A stretch of DNA of 63,249 nt from Deltaproteobacteria bacterium (GTDB lineage Bacteria; Myxococcota_A; UBA9160; SMWR01): positions 1-63,249 of the forward strand of contig JAQBGU010000050.1 of assembly GCA_032128375.1 (NCBI GenBank). Direction: 5' to 3'. Positions 18,818 through 28,123 of this stretch are shown here, piece after piece. The notes under the pieces are model-generated. The model saw nothing but the letters and a program-made list of their open reading frames with translations, was not told the DNA's origin and ran no database searches. Position 1 is the first letter of the stretch. The number at the start of each line of letters is the position of its first letter. Position numbers and translations under genes: made by a program.

Positions 18818-20992
18818 TCAGCGAACGCCGAGCAGTGATCGCACCTGCTCTGCGACACGCATCGACTCATCGAGGCCCGTGCAGGAGGTGGGGTCGGAAC
18901 CGATGACGGTTGCTGCGCCACGCCTGACCAGCTCGTTCAAGACAGCGGCAAAATCCCGCGGTGGACGGATCATCCCGCGCGAGATCAGACGAGAGCACAG
19001 TCGTTCGAGACCCTGCTGGGGACGGACAGTTCCGCGGTTGTTCAGCGGTGCGGAATCCGCCATGCGTGCAACCGCCGCGCGGAATCGTTCGACGTGACCG
19101 TGCCGTTCCATGGGCAAGATCTGCACCGGCTTTCCGGTCTTGCATGCGTCCGCGAGAATCGATTCGGAGTCACCGGTTACAATGAACTCATCGGCGCACT
19201 CCAGATGCGCCAAATAGGCCTCATCGCCGCGACACAGTGGAGCGACGCGGGCGGCGCTCCCGAGGATTCGACGAATCTCGACATCGTGAGTCGGGCTGAC
19301 CAACGCAAAGAGTGTTCCGCCCGCCCCGCTGGCCGAGCGCGCAAAATTCCCGAGTTCTTCGCTCGCTCGCGCGCTCAAGCGACCGTTGGCATCCGTTCCG
19401 CCTGCAAAAATCGCAATTCGCGCTTTGGCGGCTTGTTCGAACAATTCCCGCTGCCGCTCCACGGCGCACGCTCGGCGCAATGAATCGTGCAATACCAGAG
19501 GAGTCGCGATCTCGAATCGTTGCGGGTGTGGGAACAGTCCTTCTGATACCGACGTCACCGACAGGTCGACGTCGGTTGCTGTGGTGCGCGCGTTGATGGC
19601 GACGACCCGGGTTCGCCCGAGTGACATTTTTCGCACTGTGTCGATGATCGATGCCGTCTTTGTGCCCGCAGCGATCAGCAGATCCGGCCAAGGCGGAACC
19701 AGATCGTTTGCGTCGAGCGCGATGTTTTCGGTCGGCCAACCCAGTGCCGCACACAGCGCTTCGGCCGCTTCTGTGTGTTCTGGTTGGGGATCTGCAACCA
19801 CCCACACTCTGGGAAACTCGGCACAGAAGCGCGGCCCCGCACCGGACCATGTATCCGTTGCACGCTTCGCCCCATCCCGACGCCGAACGAGCAACTCCCA
19901 GTGTATTTCGGGATGACGACCCCCTGCGGCGCGGAAATGGTCGATCCAACGATCGGCCGAGGTTTCGGTTTCAGTTGATCGCGGACCGAGGCGCTCGTGC
20001 ACTGCACAATCTACTGCGGCAAACACGTAACGCTCGGCGGCGGTGAACACCTCGTCGAGCATCCACGGCACGTCGTCTTCTGGAATCGCGTCGAGTCCAG
20101 CTCTGCACACCACCGCGTCAGCGCAACGTCGTGCCGGGCGCTTCGAGGGGTCCCAACGGAGCTCCGACTTCACGAGAGCTTCTCGGACAGACTTCTCCAG
20201 CTCGGGGTGATCCCCTCCGGACGCGACGCGTGCCACCGCTGCAGCGAATCGCGAACTCGGCTGCTCACGATCGAACAATGAGAACTGTGCCTCGTCGGCG
20301 GCGCGCTCGAGATCGTGCCAGAGATACCCCAGTGGGTTGTCGCGATACACGAAGCGCTCGGGAAATGGTCGCCACGGCTGGGTGTGCAGGGTGGTGTAAT
20401 GCAGCAGATGCGAACGCCCGGCGACGTACTCACCATCTCGAGCGTTCCAGTGTTGGTCGAGTGCGCCGAGCATACCGGCTTCCACAGCCTGCGCGAGCAA
20501 CACCTTCTTGCGTCCGGTGCGCACAGCATCGAGCGTCCAGATGGCCGACATCCGATCACAGTCGATCAGCATCACCGACGACTCGGTATCGGATATGGCC
20601 AGGAAGCCCTTCTCACCCATATCCAGATCGAATAGCTCCCCAGGATCGGTCAGATAGATCTGGTCTTCGTCGTTGTAGATGGCGCGACCACCGCCGGCAA
20701 ACGATGGAATCGCAAAGCGGTAATTCGTGAAGCCAGTCGTCCAGCGGCTGCGGTCGAAACCCGCGAGTTCCTTCATGATGTGGATCTCATAGACACGACT
20801 GGGGTCCCGCACGCGTTCGATCGACCACACGAGCACACGTTCGGGACGAAACTGGCTGGCTTCCGTGCCGAGGAAGATCCGGACCGGTGGCTTCGGGTTG
20901 GGGTCGTACCCGTCGCGCACCGGCAACTTGATGCGCTCCGGGCGAAGACGCTCGGGTATCCCTTTTCGGTTCGGATCCACCAGATTTGCCAA
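18818..20992 (-). CDS. Fusion of a GT8-like glycosyltransferase and an ELM1/GtrOC1-family putative glycosyltransferase
   Basis: VRIFLGT, TGFTNYRFAIP, DxD-like YNDEDQ, SSVMLIDC and HYTTLHTQPW; C-terminal RVWVV, PPWPDLLIAAG and ADEFIVTGDSESILADAC. ORF is open to 21337 but the likely start is 20980-20992. Confidence 0.7.
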   Translation of the reverse strand: MANLVDPNRKGIPERLRPERIKLPVRDGYDPNPKPPVRIFLGTEASQFRPERVLVWSIERVRDPSRVYEIHIMKELAGFDRSRWTTGFTNYRFAIPSFAGGGRAIYNDEDQIYLTDPGELFDLDMGEKGFLAISDTESSVMLIDCDRMSAIWTLDAVRTGRKKVLLAQAVEAGMLGALDQHWNARDGEYVAGRSHLLHYTTLHTQPWRPFPERFVYRDNPLGYLWHDLERAADEAQFSLFDREQPSSRFAAAVARVASGGDHPELEKSVREALVKSELRWDPSKRPARRCADAVVCRAGLDAIPEDDVPWMLDEVFTAAERYVFAAVDCAVHERLGPRSTETETSADRWIDHFRAAGGRHPEIHWELLVRRRDGAKRATDTWSGAGPRFCAEFPRVWVVADPQPEHTEAAEALCAALGWPTENIALDANDLVPPWPDLLIAAGTKTASIIDTVRKMSLGRTRVVAINARTTATDVDLSVTSVSEGLFPHPQRFEIATPLVLHDSLRRACAVERQRELFEQAAKARIAIFAGGTDANGRLSARASEELGNFARSASGAGGTLFALVSPTHDVEIRRILGSAARVAPLCRGDEAYLAHLECADEFIVTGDSESILADACKTGKPVQILPMERHGHVERFRAAVARMADSAPLNNRGTVRPQQGLERLCSRLISRGMIRPPRDFAAVLNELVRRGAATVIGSDPTSCTGLDESMRVAEQVRSLLGVR

Positions 20993-21477
20993 CCTCGATT
21001 GTCCGACTCGAGCCCGCTCGAAACCGGAAAGAACCCAGGATAGCTCGGAACCCTGACCAGATGAGTCCCTGGGAGAGTCCGCAGCTAGCCTCCGCAACGA
21101 ACCGAAGTCGTGGCGTTTTCCAGCCTGATGACAACCAACTACCAAGGTCAGAAACTCAAGGTCAGAAACTGACTGGGCCGAGATGGCCACAGCCCGAGTA
21201 TTGCGGTTGGCTTGGCGCCAAAGCGCGGGGATCTGAGTCCGTGGATCGCGCGTTCCCAAACGCTGTACAGATCGACTGGTCCAATCCGTCGCCTCGCTCA
21301 AGTGCGAAGCAAGCTGCATACCTGTGTATTCCGACACCCAGGTGTTCCCGAAAACCGGCGAAACCTCATTTCCTGACCTGCAGCTTCACGGCCACGAGCC
21401 AGCCAACGCCGCGGTCGAATCAGTCGTTGACACAGGGGGCACGCCCTTTGCACTACTGCTCGCCCATCAGCAGAGAC

Positions 21478-21738
21478 TTGAAGGACCGAATTCGCAAGCA
21501 AGCTGACCCCTCCGATTTCGGCGATCGCCTCCTTGCAATCGCAACCCAAATCGAGCGGGATTTCGACGGCCGTGAACGCAGGCGGTTATTGGAACTGGTA
21601 CACGAGACGCTCGATCGACACGTGGAAATCCGAGAGAACACGCGTCTTGCGCGCGAATCGCTGGATCAGTTGGTGGAGGCCCATCAGGAGCTGGCCCAGC
21701 TATTCGAGTTCATACAAGCCAACCCCGACATGCACTGA
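21478..21738 (+). CDS. Small hypothetical helical protein
   Basis: 3' part of ORF 20986-21738 is amphipathic and coding-like (FGDRLLAIATQIERDF...). TTG start is uncertain. Confidence 0.5.
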   Translation: MKDRIRKQADPSDFGDRLLAIATQIERDFDGRERRRLLELVHETLDRHVEIRENTRLARESLDQLVEAHQELAQLFEFIQANPDMH

Positions 21739-21776
21739 TTTCGCACTCACGCGCGGCGCTAGCGTAAGCCCGGAAC

Positions 21777-23009
21777 TCAGCCCGCTAGCAGCTCCCTCGC
21801 GATCGCCGAGATCTGAATCTCGTCGGTCCCCGCGTAGATTTGCAGCACCTTCGCGTCGCGACACAACTGCTCGACCTGGTACTCCGCCATGTATCCGTTG
21901 CCGCCGAAAATCTGGACCGCTTCGAGCGCTACCTCCATCGCGGCGCGAGCCGAATACAGTTTCATCGCGGAAGCTTCGGCGAGACTCGGACCTCGCCCGA
22001 CTTCAGCCAGTTCGATCTGGCGAAAAACCAGATTCTGTATGTTCATACGCGCGACTTCCATTCGCGCCAGCTTGTCTTGAATCAGCTGAAACTCTCCGAT
22101 CGGCTTCCCGAACTGGATACGCTCTTTAGCGTATGACAACGAGAGTTCGAGACATCGCTCGACGATTCCGAGTGCCATCGACGCCACACCCGTTCGCTCC
22201 ATCGAGAAAGTCTGCTTGGCTCCGGAGCGCGTCGGTGTCTCCTCCGTCTCGCCAAGGAGACGATCCGCGGTCGCGTGCACGTCTTGTAGGAAGATCTCAC
22301 CGGTCGGCGACGAATGCAGGCCCATCTTTCTCATCGGCCTCGATTGCGTGAGACCCTGCATGCCCTTGTCGAGCACGAACGTGAGGACCTTCCGATCCTT
22401 CGGGGCGACGCCCTCTTGTTCGAGCTTGCAGATGAATACAATGATGTCCGCGTAGGGCCCGTTGGTGATGAAAGTCTTGGTGCCATTGAGGACGTAACCG
22501 CCTTCTCCATCACGGCGGGCTGTGCTCTTCATGCTCCCGAACGCATCTGACCCAGATCCGGGTTCGGTGATCGCCCACGATCCGATCTTGTTCAGCGTCA
22601 GCAGGTCGAGCCCCCAGCGCTCCTTCTGCGCGGTCGTGCCCTTGGACATGACGGCCGCTCCGGTGAGCCCCATGCTCACACCCATCGCAGTGACCATCCC
22701 GGGGCAGTACCGGCACAGCTCGATGATCGGGATCATCTGCATCGCAGCGGCATCGCCCCGACCCGACGCCTCCGGCGAATCTTTGCTCTGGGTTGCCGGG
22801 GGCGCGCCGGATTTCTCGCGCGCAATCTGCTTCTCGAATCGCGCTCGGGCCATCTCGTCCATGCCGAACGTCGAGATCATTTTTCGCAGCACGTCGTAAG
22901 GCGGCGTATCGCCGTGTTCCAATTCCTCGAGATTGGGCGCAATCTCCGCCTCGACGAAACGCCGGACCGTATCCCGGATCATCTGGTGCTGCTCGCTCCA
23001 CTCGATCAT
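21777..23009 (-). CDS. Acyl-CoA dehydrogenase
   Basis: AITEPGSGSD, LNGTKTFITNG, RIQFGKPIGEFQ, QIFGGNGY and IYAGTDEIQ. Confidence 0.93.
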   Translation of the reverse strand: MIEWSEQHQMIRDTVRRFVEAEIAPNLEELEHGDTPPYDVLRKMISTFGMDEMARARFEKQIAREKSGAPPATQSKDSPEASGRGDAAAMQMIPIIELCRYCPGMVTAMGVSMGLTGAAVMSKGTTAQKERWGLDLLTLNKIGSWAITEPGSGSDAFGSMKSTARRDGEGGYVLNGTKTFITNGPYADIIVFICKLEQEGVAPKDRKVLTFVLDKGMQGLTQSRPMRKMGLHSSPTGEIFLQDVHATADRLLGETEETPTRSGAKQTFSMERTGVASMALGIVERCLELSLSYAKERIQFGKPIGEFQLIQDKLARMEVARMNIQNLVFRQIELAEVGRGPSLAEASAMKLYSARAAMEVALEAVQIFGGNGYMAEYQVEQLCRDAKVLQIYAGTDEIQISAIARELLAG

Positions 23010-23096
23010 CGTCGCACTCCCGTCTGTCTGAAGGAGGCGGGAGTTTGGACTCGATCGAGCGTTCCCGCCAGAGGCTGACGACGCGGCACGACCGGG

Positions 23097-24266
23097 CTAA
23101 GCGTTTAGCGGCCCTCGAATCACGAATTCTGAGATCTCGGCCGGCGCGAACAGTCGCATGGGCGGCCCCCAGAAACCGGTCCCACGACTTACATAAAGTT
23201 GTGACTCTTTGACGCGGTAGTGACCAGCAACATACGGAATCGCAACACGCACGAAGTACCCAAACGGCCAGATCTGCCCCCCGTGTGTGTGGCCGGAGAT
23301 CTGCAGATCGATTCCCATCTTCGAAGCGCGCCGAAACGTCGACGGATCGTGCGCCAACAGAATCGCTGGTCGAGTCGTGTCGCGACCGGCGACCGCCTTG
23401 GGCAAGTCTTCTCTTCCGTCGTCTGCAATCATGTTGCCCCGGTGGTCATCCACGCCGATCAGATCGAACCCAGCTCCCGAATCACAGATCTCCACCCTCT
23501 CGTTGCGCAGCACACGCATCCCGAGCTCGGTCGCCTTGGCAACCCAATCGGCCACACCCGAATAGTGATCGTGGTTTCCCGTGACGAAGTACACGCCATG
23601 ACGCGATTTCAGATCTTTGAACGGAGCGACCTCCTCGGCCAACTGCTCGACGCCCCCGTCTACCAGATCTCCCGTTACGGCGATCAGATCTGGCTGCAGA
23701 GCATTGACGCGATCGACGATCGCGCGAGCGAATCGACGATCGAGTATCGGACCGATGTGGATGTCGGTGATCTGAACGATCCGGAAGCCATTGAGTACGG
23801 ATGGCCACCCAGCCAATTCGATTTCGATACGAACGTCGCGAGGTGGGCGCAATCCGGATCGGATCGCGACGACGCTGGCGAGCACGACGATCGATACGAC
23901 TGCGACGGCGCGCAGCCCGGAGATCGAATCCCAATCGGCTATCCCCTCGGTGACGCCCAGGGCGCCCAGCAGAAACATTCCCAGATCGGTGATGGCCGTC
24001 GCCAGAATCAACCAGAACGCGACGCCCATCCAAACCGAGGCCGGCCAGACGATCCACCGAGATAGTGCCGGTGGCAGTGTCCGCTCACTCACAGGCGAGG
24101 CGACGAGGCTGGCAGCCGCCACCAACAACAAAGTCAGCAGCGTGCCACGCCACGGATCTGGAACACCCGACTCGAATATCAGCCGGGTCGCAATGTAGTA
24201 ATGCGACCCGAACAAGACGGCACAAATCACCGTGATGGCGAACACAACGACCGGAAATCGGCGCAA
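23097..24266 (-). CDS. Membrane-anchored metallophosphoesterase (YkuE/YaeI-like)
   Basis: N-terminal TM helices, then DIH, GDLVD, GNHD, LLAH and GHTHGGQ. Confidence 0.9.
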   Translation of the reverse strand: MRRFPVVVFAITVICAVLFGSHYYIATRLIFESGVPDPWRGTLLTLLLVAAASLVASPVSERTLPPALSRWIVWPASVWMGVAFWLILATAITDLGMFLLGALGVTEGIADWDSISGLRAVAVVSIVVLASVVAIRSGLRPPRDVRIEIELAGWPSVLNGFRIVQITDIHIGPILDRRFARAIVDRVNALQPDLIAVTGDLVDGGVEQLAEEVAPFKDLKSRHGVYFVTGNHDHYSGVADWVAKATELGMRVLRNERVEICDSGAGFDLIGVDDHRGNMIADDGREDLPKAVAGRDTTRPAILLAHDPSTFRRASKMGIDLQISGHTHGGQIWPFGYFVRVAIPYVAGHYRVKESQLYVSRGTGFWGPPMRLFAPAEISEFVIRGPLNA

Positions 24267-24344
24267 CGGGACACCTCGCTCGATGTCGCATTGTGTAGGT
24301 AGACTCGCGGATTGTCGAGAAGCCGCGGAGCGGCGATCCCGCGG

Positions 24345-25415
24345 CTACCCGGCGGTCTCAGCGAGCAGGGGCTCGAAGCGCGCCTTGTTGGATGCCTTCA
24401 TATGGGCATCCACCGGGCGAATGATGCCGTCTTTCGCCAATGCGAACAGGGCATCGTCCATCGATTGCATCCCCATACTCTTCCCCGATTGGATGATCGA
24501 ATTCAACATGGGCGTATTGCCTTCCCGAATCACGTTCGCGAGGCCTGGCGTCTTCAACAGAATCTCGTGCACCGCGCATCGCCCCTTGCCATCGGCCGTG
24601 GGCAGCAACAGCTGAGATACAACGCCGGTGAGAGACTCGGACAGACTCACTCGGATCTGGTTCTGCTCGCTGGCAGGAAACGCGTCCACGAGGCGATCGA
24701 CGGTTTTGGTTGCGCTGTTGGTGTGCAGGGTCCCGAATACGAGCATTCCCATCTCGGCTGCCGTAATCGCCAGCGCGATGGTCTCTTGGTCGCGCATCTC
24801 GCCCACGAGCACAACATCCGCGTCCTGGCGGATCGCTGCGCGCAGTGCCGGCGTGAAGCCGTGCGTGTGGGTGCCGACCTCACGGTGCGACAGAACCGAC
24901 TGCCGGTTTTGGTGGACGAATTCGACTGGATCCTCGATCGTGACGATGTGTTTGGAATAGCTGCGGTTGATGTGATCGATCACGGCCGCGAGGGTCGTCG
25001 ACTTGCCGGACCCGGTCGGTCCAGTGATCAGTACCAGCCCTTCATTCAAATCGCATAGCGCCTCGACAGCCTTCGGGAGCTTCAGATCTTCGATCGACAG
25101 AATCTGTTCGGGGATGATCCGAAAGACGGCGCCGACGCCGTTTTCCTGCAAAAAGTAGTTGGCGCGAAACCGTGCGATTCCCTCCAGTCCGTACGCAAAA
25201 TCCAGATCGCCGCACGCTTCGTAGTCGCGCCAGTCCTCGTCGCTGGAAGCTTCTCGGATGATCTCGCGAAGTGTATCGTCGCTGAGGACTTCCCAACCTT
25301 CGACAGGGTGGAGTTCACCGTGGGTTCGCATCCGCGGTACGATTCCGGCCGCGAGATGCAGGTCAGAGCCCCGCTGTTCTTTGAGCTGGCGCAGCAGTTC
25401 GTCGATCCGACCCAT
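24345..25415 (-). CDS. pilT: PilT/PilU family retraction ATPase
   Basis: SDLHL, RFRAN, GPTGSGKSTT, TIEDPVE, VGEMRD and GTLHTN. Confidence 0.88.
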   Translation of the reverse strand: MGRIDELLRQLKEQRGSDLHLAAGIVPRMRTHGELHPVEGWEVLSDDTLREIIREASSDEDWRDYEACGDLDFAYGLEGIARFRANYFLQENGVGAVFRIIPEQILSIEDLKLPKAVEALCDLNEGLVLITGPTGSGKSTTLAAVIDHINRSYSKHIVTIEDPVEFVHQNRQSVLSHREVGTHTHGFTPALRAAIRQDADVVLVGEMRDQETIALAITAAEMGMLVFGTLHTNSATKTVDRLVDAFPASEQNQIRVSLSESLTGVVSQLLLPTADGKGRCAVHEILLKTPGLANVIREGNTPMLNSIIQSGKSMGMQSMDDALFALAKDGIIRPVDAHMKASNKARFEPLLAETAG

Positions 25416-25425
25416 AGCTTCTCCG

Positions 25426-26967
25426 TCAGCCGTCCAGCGAGCTGGGGTTCTCGCAGTTCGCTTCGGCGTCTTCTCTCGAAATCGTACCCGCCAGCAGGTG
25501 TTGCTTGATCGACTCGTCCATCAGACACATCCCCTGTGACGCGCCAGTCTGAAGAATCGAATGAATCTGGAAGGTCTTGTTCTCGCGAATCAAGTTGCCG
25601 ACGGCCTTGGTGATCACGAGCTTTTCGACTGCGGCGACCCTGCCCTGCCCGTCGACACGCCGGATCAAGCGTTGCGATACGACCGCCCGCAGCGATTCGC
25701 TCATCATGGTCCGAACCTGTCCCTGCTGGTCCGCGGGAAATGCGCCGACCAGGCGGTTGATCGTGCGAATCGCGTTGTTGGTGTGAAGCGTGGCGATCAC
25801 GAGGTGGTCGGTCTCCGCGGCACTGAGCGCCAGTGAGATCGTCTCGAGGTCGCGCAATTCGCCGATCACGATGACATCCGGATCCTCGCGTAGGGCGCCG
25901 CGAAGCGCGCGCGCAAACGAGTCCGTGTGATGATTCACGCTGCGCTGGTTCACCAGGCAACGCTTGGAAACGTGCAGAAATTCGATCGGGTCTTCGATCG
26001 TCAAGATGTGTTCCCGGCGCTCGTCGTTGATCAGATCCACCAGCGCCGCCAGAGTCGACGACTTGCCACAGCCTGCCGGCCCCGTACACAGCACCATTCC
26101 CTGGTGATAGTTGACGAACTTCGCGAGCGACATCGGGAGGCCCAGCTTTTCGAGAGAGGGGGGCACGCTTGGAATAAAGCGAAACACCCCATCCACACCG
26201 CGATGTTGACGGTAAACGTTGGCTCGAAAACGCCCGACCCCATCGATCGAGTGACAGAAATCCAACTCCCCTTGCGTTGCGAATTGCTCCCGTTGGTCGG
26301 GCGCGAGCCCACTGAGAATCAGCCGCTCCGCGTCCGACGCGTTGACAATATCGCTGTCGCGGGGCTGCAGTTCGCCGTGGATACGAAACTTGATCGGCGC
26401 TCCAGCGTGAATGTGAATGTCGCTTGCACCGCGTGAAACCAGATCGGAGAGCGTCTGATCGAACCGCGAGCGATCGGCTTCGGTCGGTACAAACGACGTG
26501 ACCGCACCGGCGAGTTGGGCTCGTTCGCGCGGCGCGGGCGCAGTCTCCGACTGCTGCGTGTCTTGGGGCTCGGATTCGGGGGATTGCTGTTTCCGTTGCG
26601 ACGGCGGTTGTTGGTGCGGCGGTTGTTGTCGCTGTTGAGGGCTTTCCGACTGCTGTGCTGGCCGAGCCTCTACCGCTTGTGGCGTCGCTTGCTCTCCATT
26701 CGAGGTGGGGTCTGCCTCGAGGCCCGGTGCCGCGTTGGCGGCAGCCTGTCTGGCACGGGCCTTTACCAGCATTTCGCGCTGCGCCTTCACCAACAGCTCG
26801 CGCTTGTTCTTGTCGATGAACCCCATCTCGAGCAAGATGTCGCCGAGAGGTGTGCCATCACGTCGGCGTCCCTGCTCGCTCGTAGCTTCGGCGAGCTGGT
26901 CCATCGTTATCAGCTTGTTGTGAACAGCCAGGCGACCCAGCAGCGAGACCGTCAGTTTTTCCGCCAT
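25426..26967 (-). CDS. PilT/PilU family ATPase with N-terminal MshEN-like domain and Q/P-rich linker
   Basis: Two LG.....G/K.I....L...Q repeats, a QQPP linker, GPAGCGKSST, LREDPDVIVIGELRD and AVGNLIRE. ATG at 26967. Confidence 0.85.
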   Translation of the reverse strand: MAEKLTVSLLGRLAVHNKLITMDQLAEATSEQGRRRDGTPLGDILLEMGFIDKNKRELLVKAQREMLVKARARQAAANAAPGLEADPTSNGEQATPQAVEARPAQQSESPQQRQQPPHQQPPSQRKQQSPESEPQDTQQSETAPAPRERAQLAGAVTSFVPTEADRSRFDQTLSDLVSRGASDIHIHAGAPIKFRIHGELQPRDSDIVNASDAERLILSGLAPDQREQFATQGELDFCHSIDGVGRFRANVYRQHRGVDGVFRFIPSVPPSLEKLGLPMSLAKFVNYHQGMVLCTGPAGCGKSSTLAALVDLINDERREHILTIEDPIEFLHVSKRCLVNQRSVNHHTDSFARALRGALREDPDVIVIGELRDLETISLALSAAETDHLVIATLHTNNAIRTINRLVGAFPADQQGQVRTMMSESLRAVVSQRLIRRVDGQGRVAAVEKLVITKAVGNLIRENKTFQIHSILQTGASQGMCLMDESIKQHLLAGTISREDAEANCENPSSLDG

Positions 26968-26974
26968 GCCAACC

Positions 26975-27002
26975 GTATCGTCGAGCCGTGCCCGTCGCTG
27001 AA
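26975..27002 (-). promoter_or_regulatory. Sigma28-like promoter, possibly leaderless, for the PilT pair
   Basis: Minus strand TTCAG-N15-GACGATAC, followed 7 nt later by ATG 26967. Confidence 0.4.
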
Positions 27003-27069
27003 CGTAGGCGAGCCGCCTTTTTTGGGGAGAACTCGGCATTCGCCGGGGCGGGCGGGCGACCGGTGTGGG

Positions 27070-28101
27070 TTACCAGCCGCGCAGGTCGACACTCCAGCTG
27101 TCGAGGACCTCGTCGCCTGAGACAATGTGCAGCTGTTCGTGATAGGCGATCGTCGGATCTACGTGCGCTGGAACCACGCGGATTCGGTCTCCAACCCGCA
27201 GCGGCGACGCTGGCGAATCAAGTGAGGACGAGTCGGGTGAGAAAGTCACGTGCTCATCGGAACAGAACCACACCTTGGCTGAGGCGATTCGCGGATTGCC
27301 GTGGTCCATCCCCAGGGATTTGAGCCCACAGTCGGCGACCGCAAATTTTTCGGATACCGAAACAACCGTCGCGATGACGAACAGCGCCGGCTCGAAGGGC
27401 AGCCCCAGTTGGTCGTAGGCGGTATCCATCAGTGCATAGGAGCCCGCCTGGATCTCGGTCGCCGCGTGGTTGCAATCGAAGGTACCCGTCCCGCCCGCCG
27501 AGATCGTGTCGCCTCCTACCCGTTCGTGCGCGCGCACCAACTCTGCCATCGACTCCGCGACGCGCTCGGCTCGTTCGCCAGCGCCCTCCACCATCATCAA
27601 GTGACCTTCGTACCCCATGACCCCGCGAACTTCGAGGCCACGGGCGCGAGCCAGATCGGCAAGCCGCTCTGCATCGTCGGGCTTGCAGCCACAGCGTGGC
27701 AGGCCAACGTTGACGTCGATCACAACCTCGCGAACGCCCCCTGCCACCGCTGCCGCGATGGTCTCAGCTGAATCCACCGCAACCGTAACGCGCGCATCCA
27801 GTGCTCCCAGGCGTCGTGCGTCGACCACCTCATTGGCCAGGAGCAGGTCGTCGCCGAGACCGGCGGCCGCCATCCCCTCCATTTCTCGAATGGTCGCGCA
27901 GGTGAAACCACGGCTTCCGAGTTCAGCTTGTCGCTTGGCGAGTTCAGTGCATTTGTGAGCTTTGACGTGCGGTCGTAGGCGACTTCCCGGCAATGCCTTG
28001 GACATGGTGCGGAGATTGGCGTCGAGGGTTTTCGCCTCCACGATGAGGGCTGGAGTCACGAGCTCGGCTATTTGCTTGACGGTTTGCTTGACGGTCTGCA
28101 T
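27070..28101 (-). CDS. DSD1/D-threonine aldolase family PLP-dependent enzyme (fold type III)
   Basis: TPAL, LRPHVKAHKC, GLPRCG, MGYEGH, GGTGT, EIQAGSY, DEH and HVDPT. Confidence 0.88.
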   Translation of the reverse strand: MQTVKQTVKQIAELVTPALIVEAKTLDANLRTMSKALPGSRLRPHVKAHKCTELAKRQAELGSRGFTCATIREMEGMAAAGLGDDLLLANEVVDARRLGALDARVTVAVDSAETIAAAVAGGVREVVIDVNVGLPRCGCKPDDAERLADLARARGLEVRGVMGYEGHLMMVEGAGERAERVAESMAELVRAHERVGGDTISAGGTGTFDCNHAATEIQAGSYALMDTAYDQLGLPFEPALFVIATVVSVSEKFAVADCGLKSLGMDHGNPRIASAKVWFCSDEHVTFSPDSSSLDSPASPLRVGDRIRVVPAHVDPTIAYHEQLHIVSGDEVLDSWSVDLRGW

Positions 28102-28123
28102 GACGGTCCTCCCGACAGGGATG

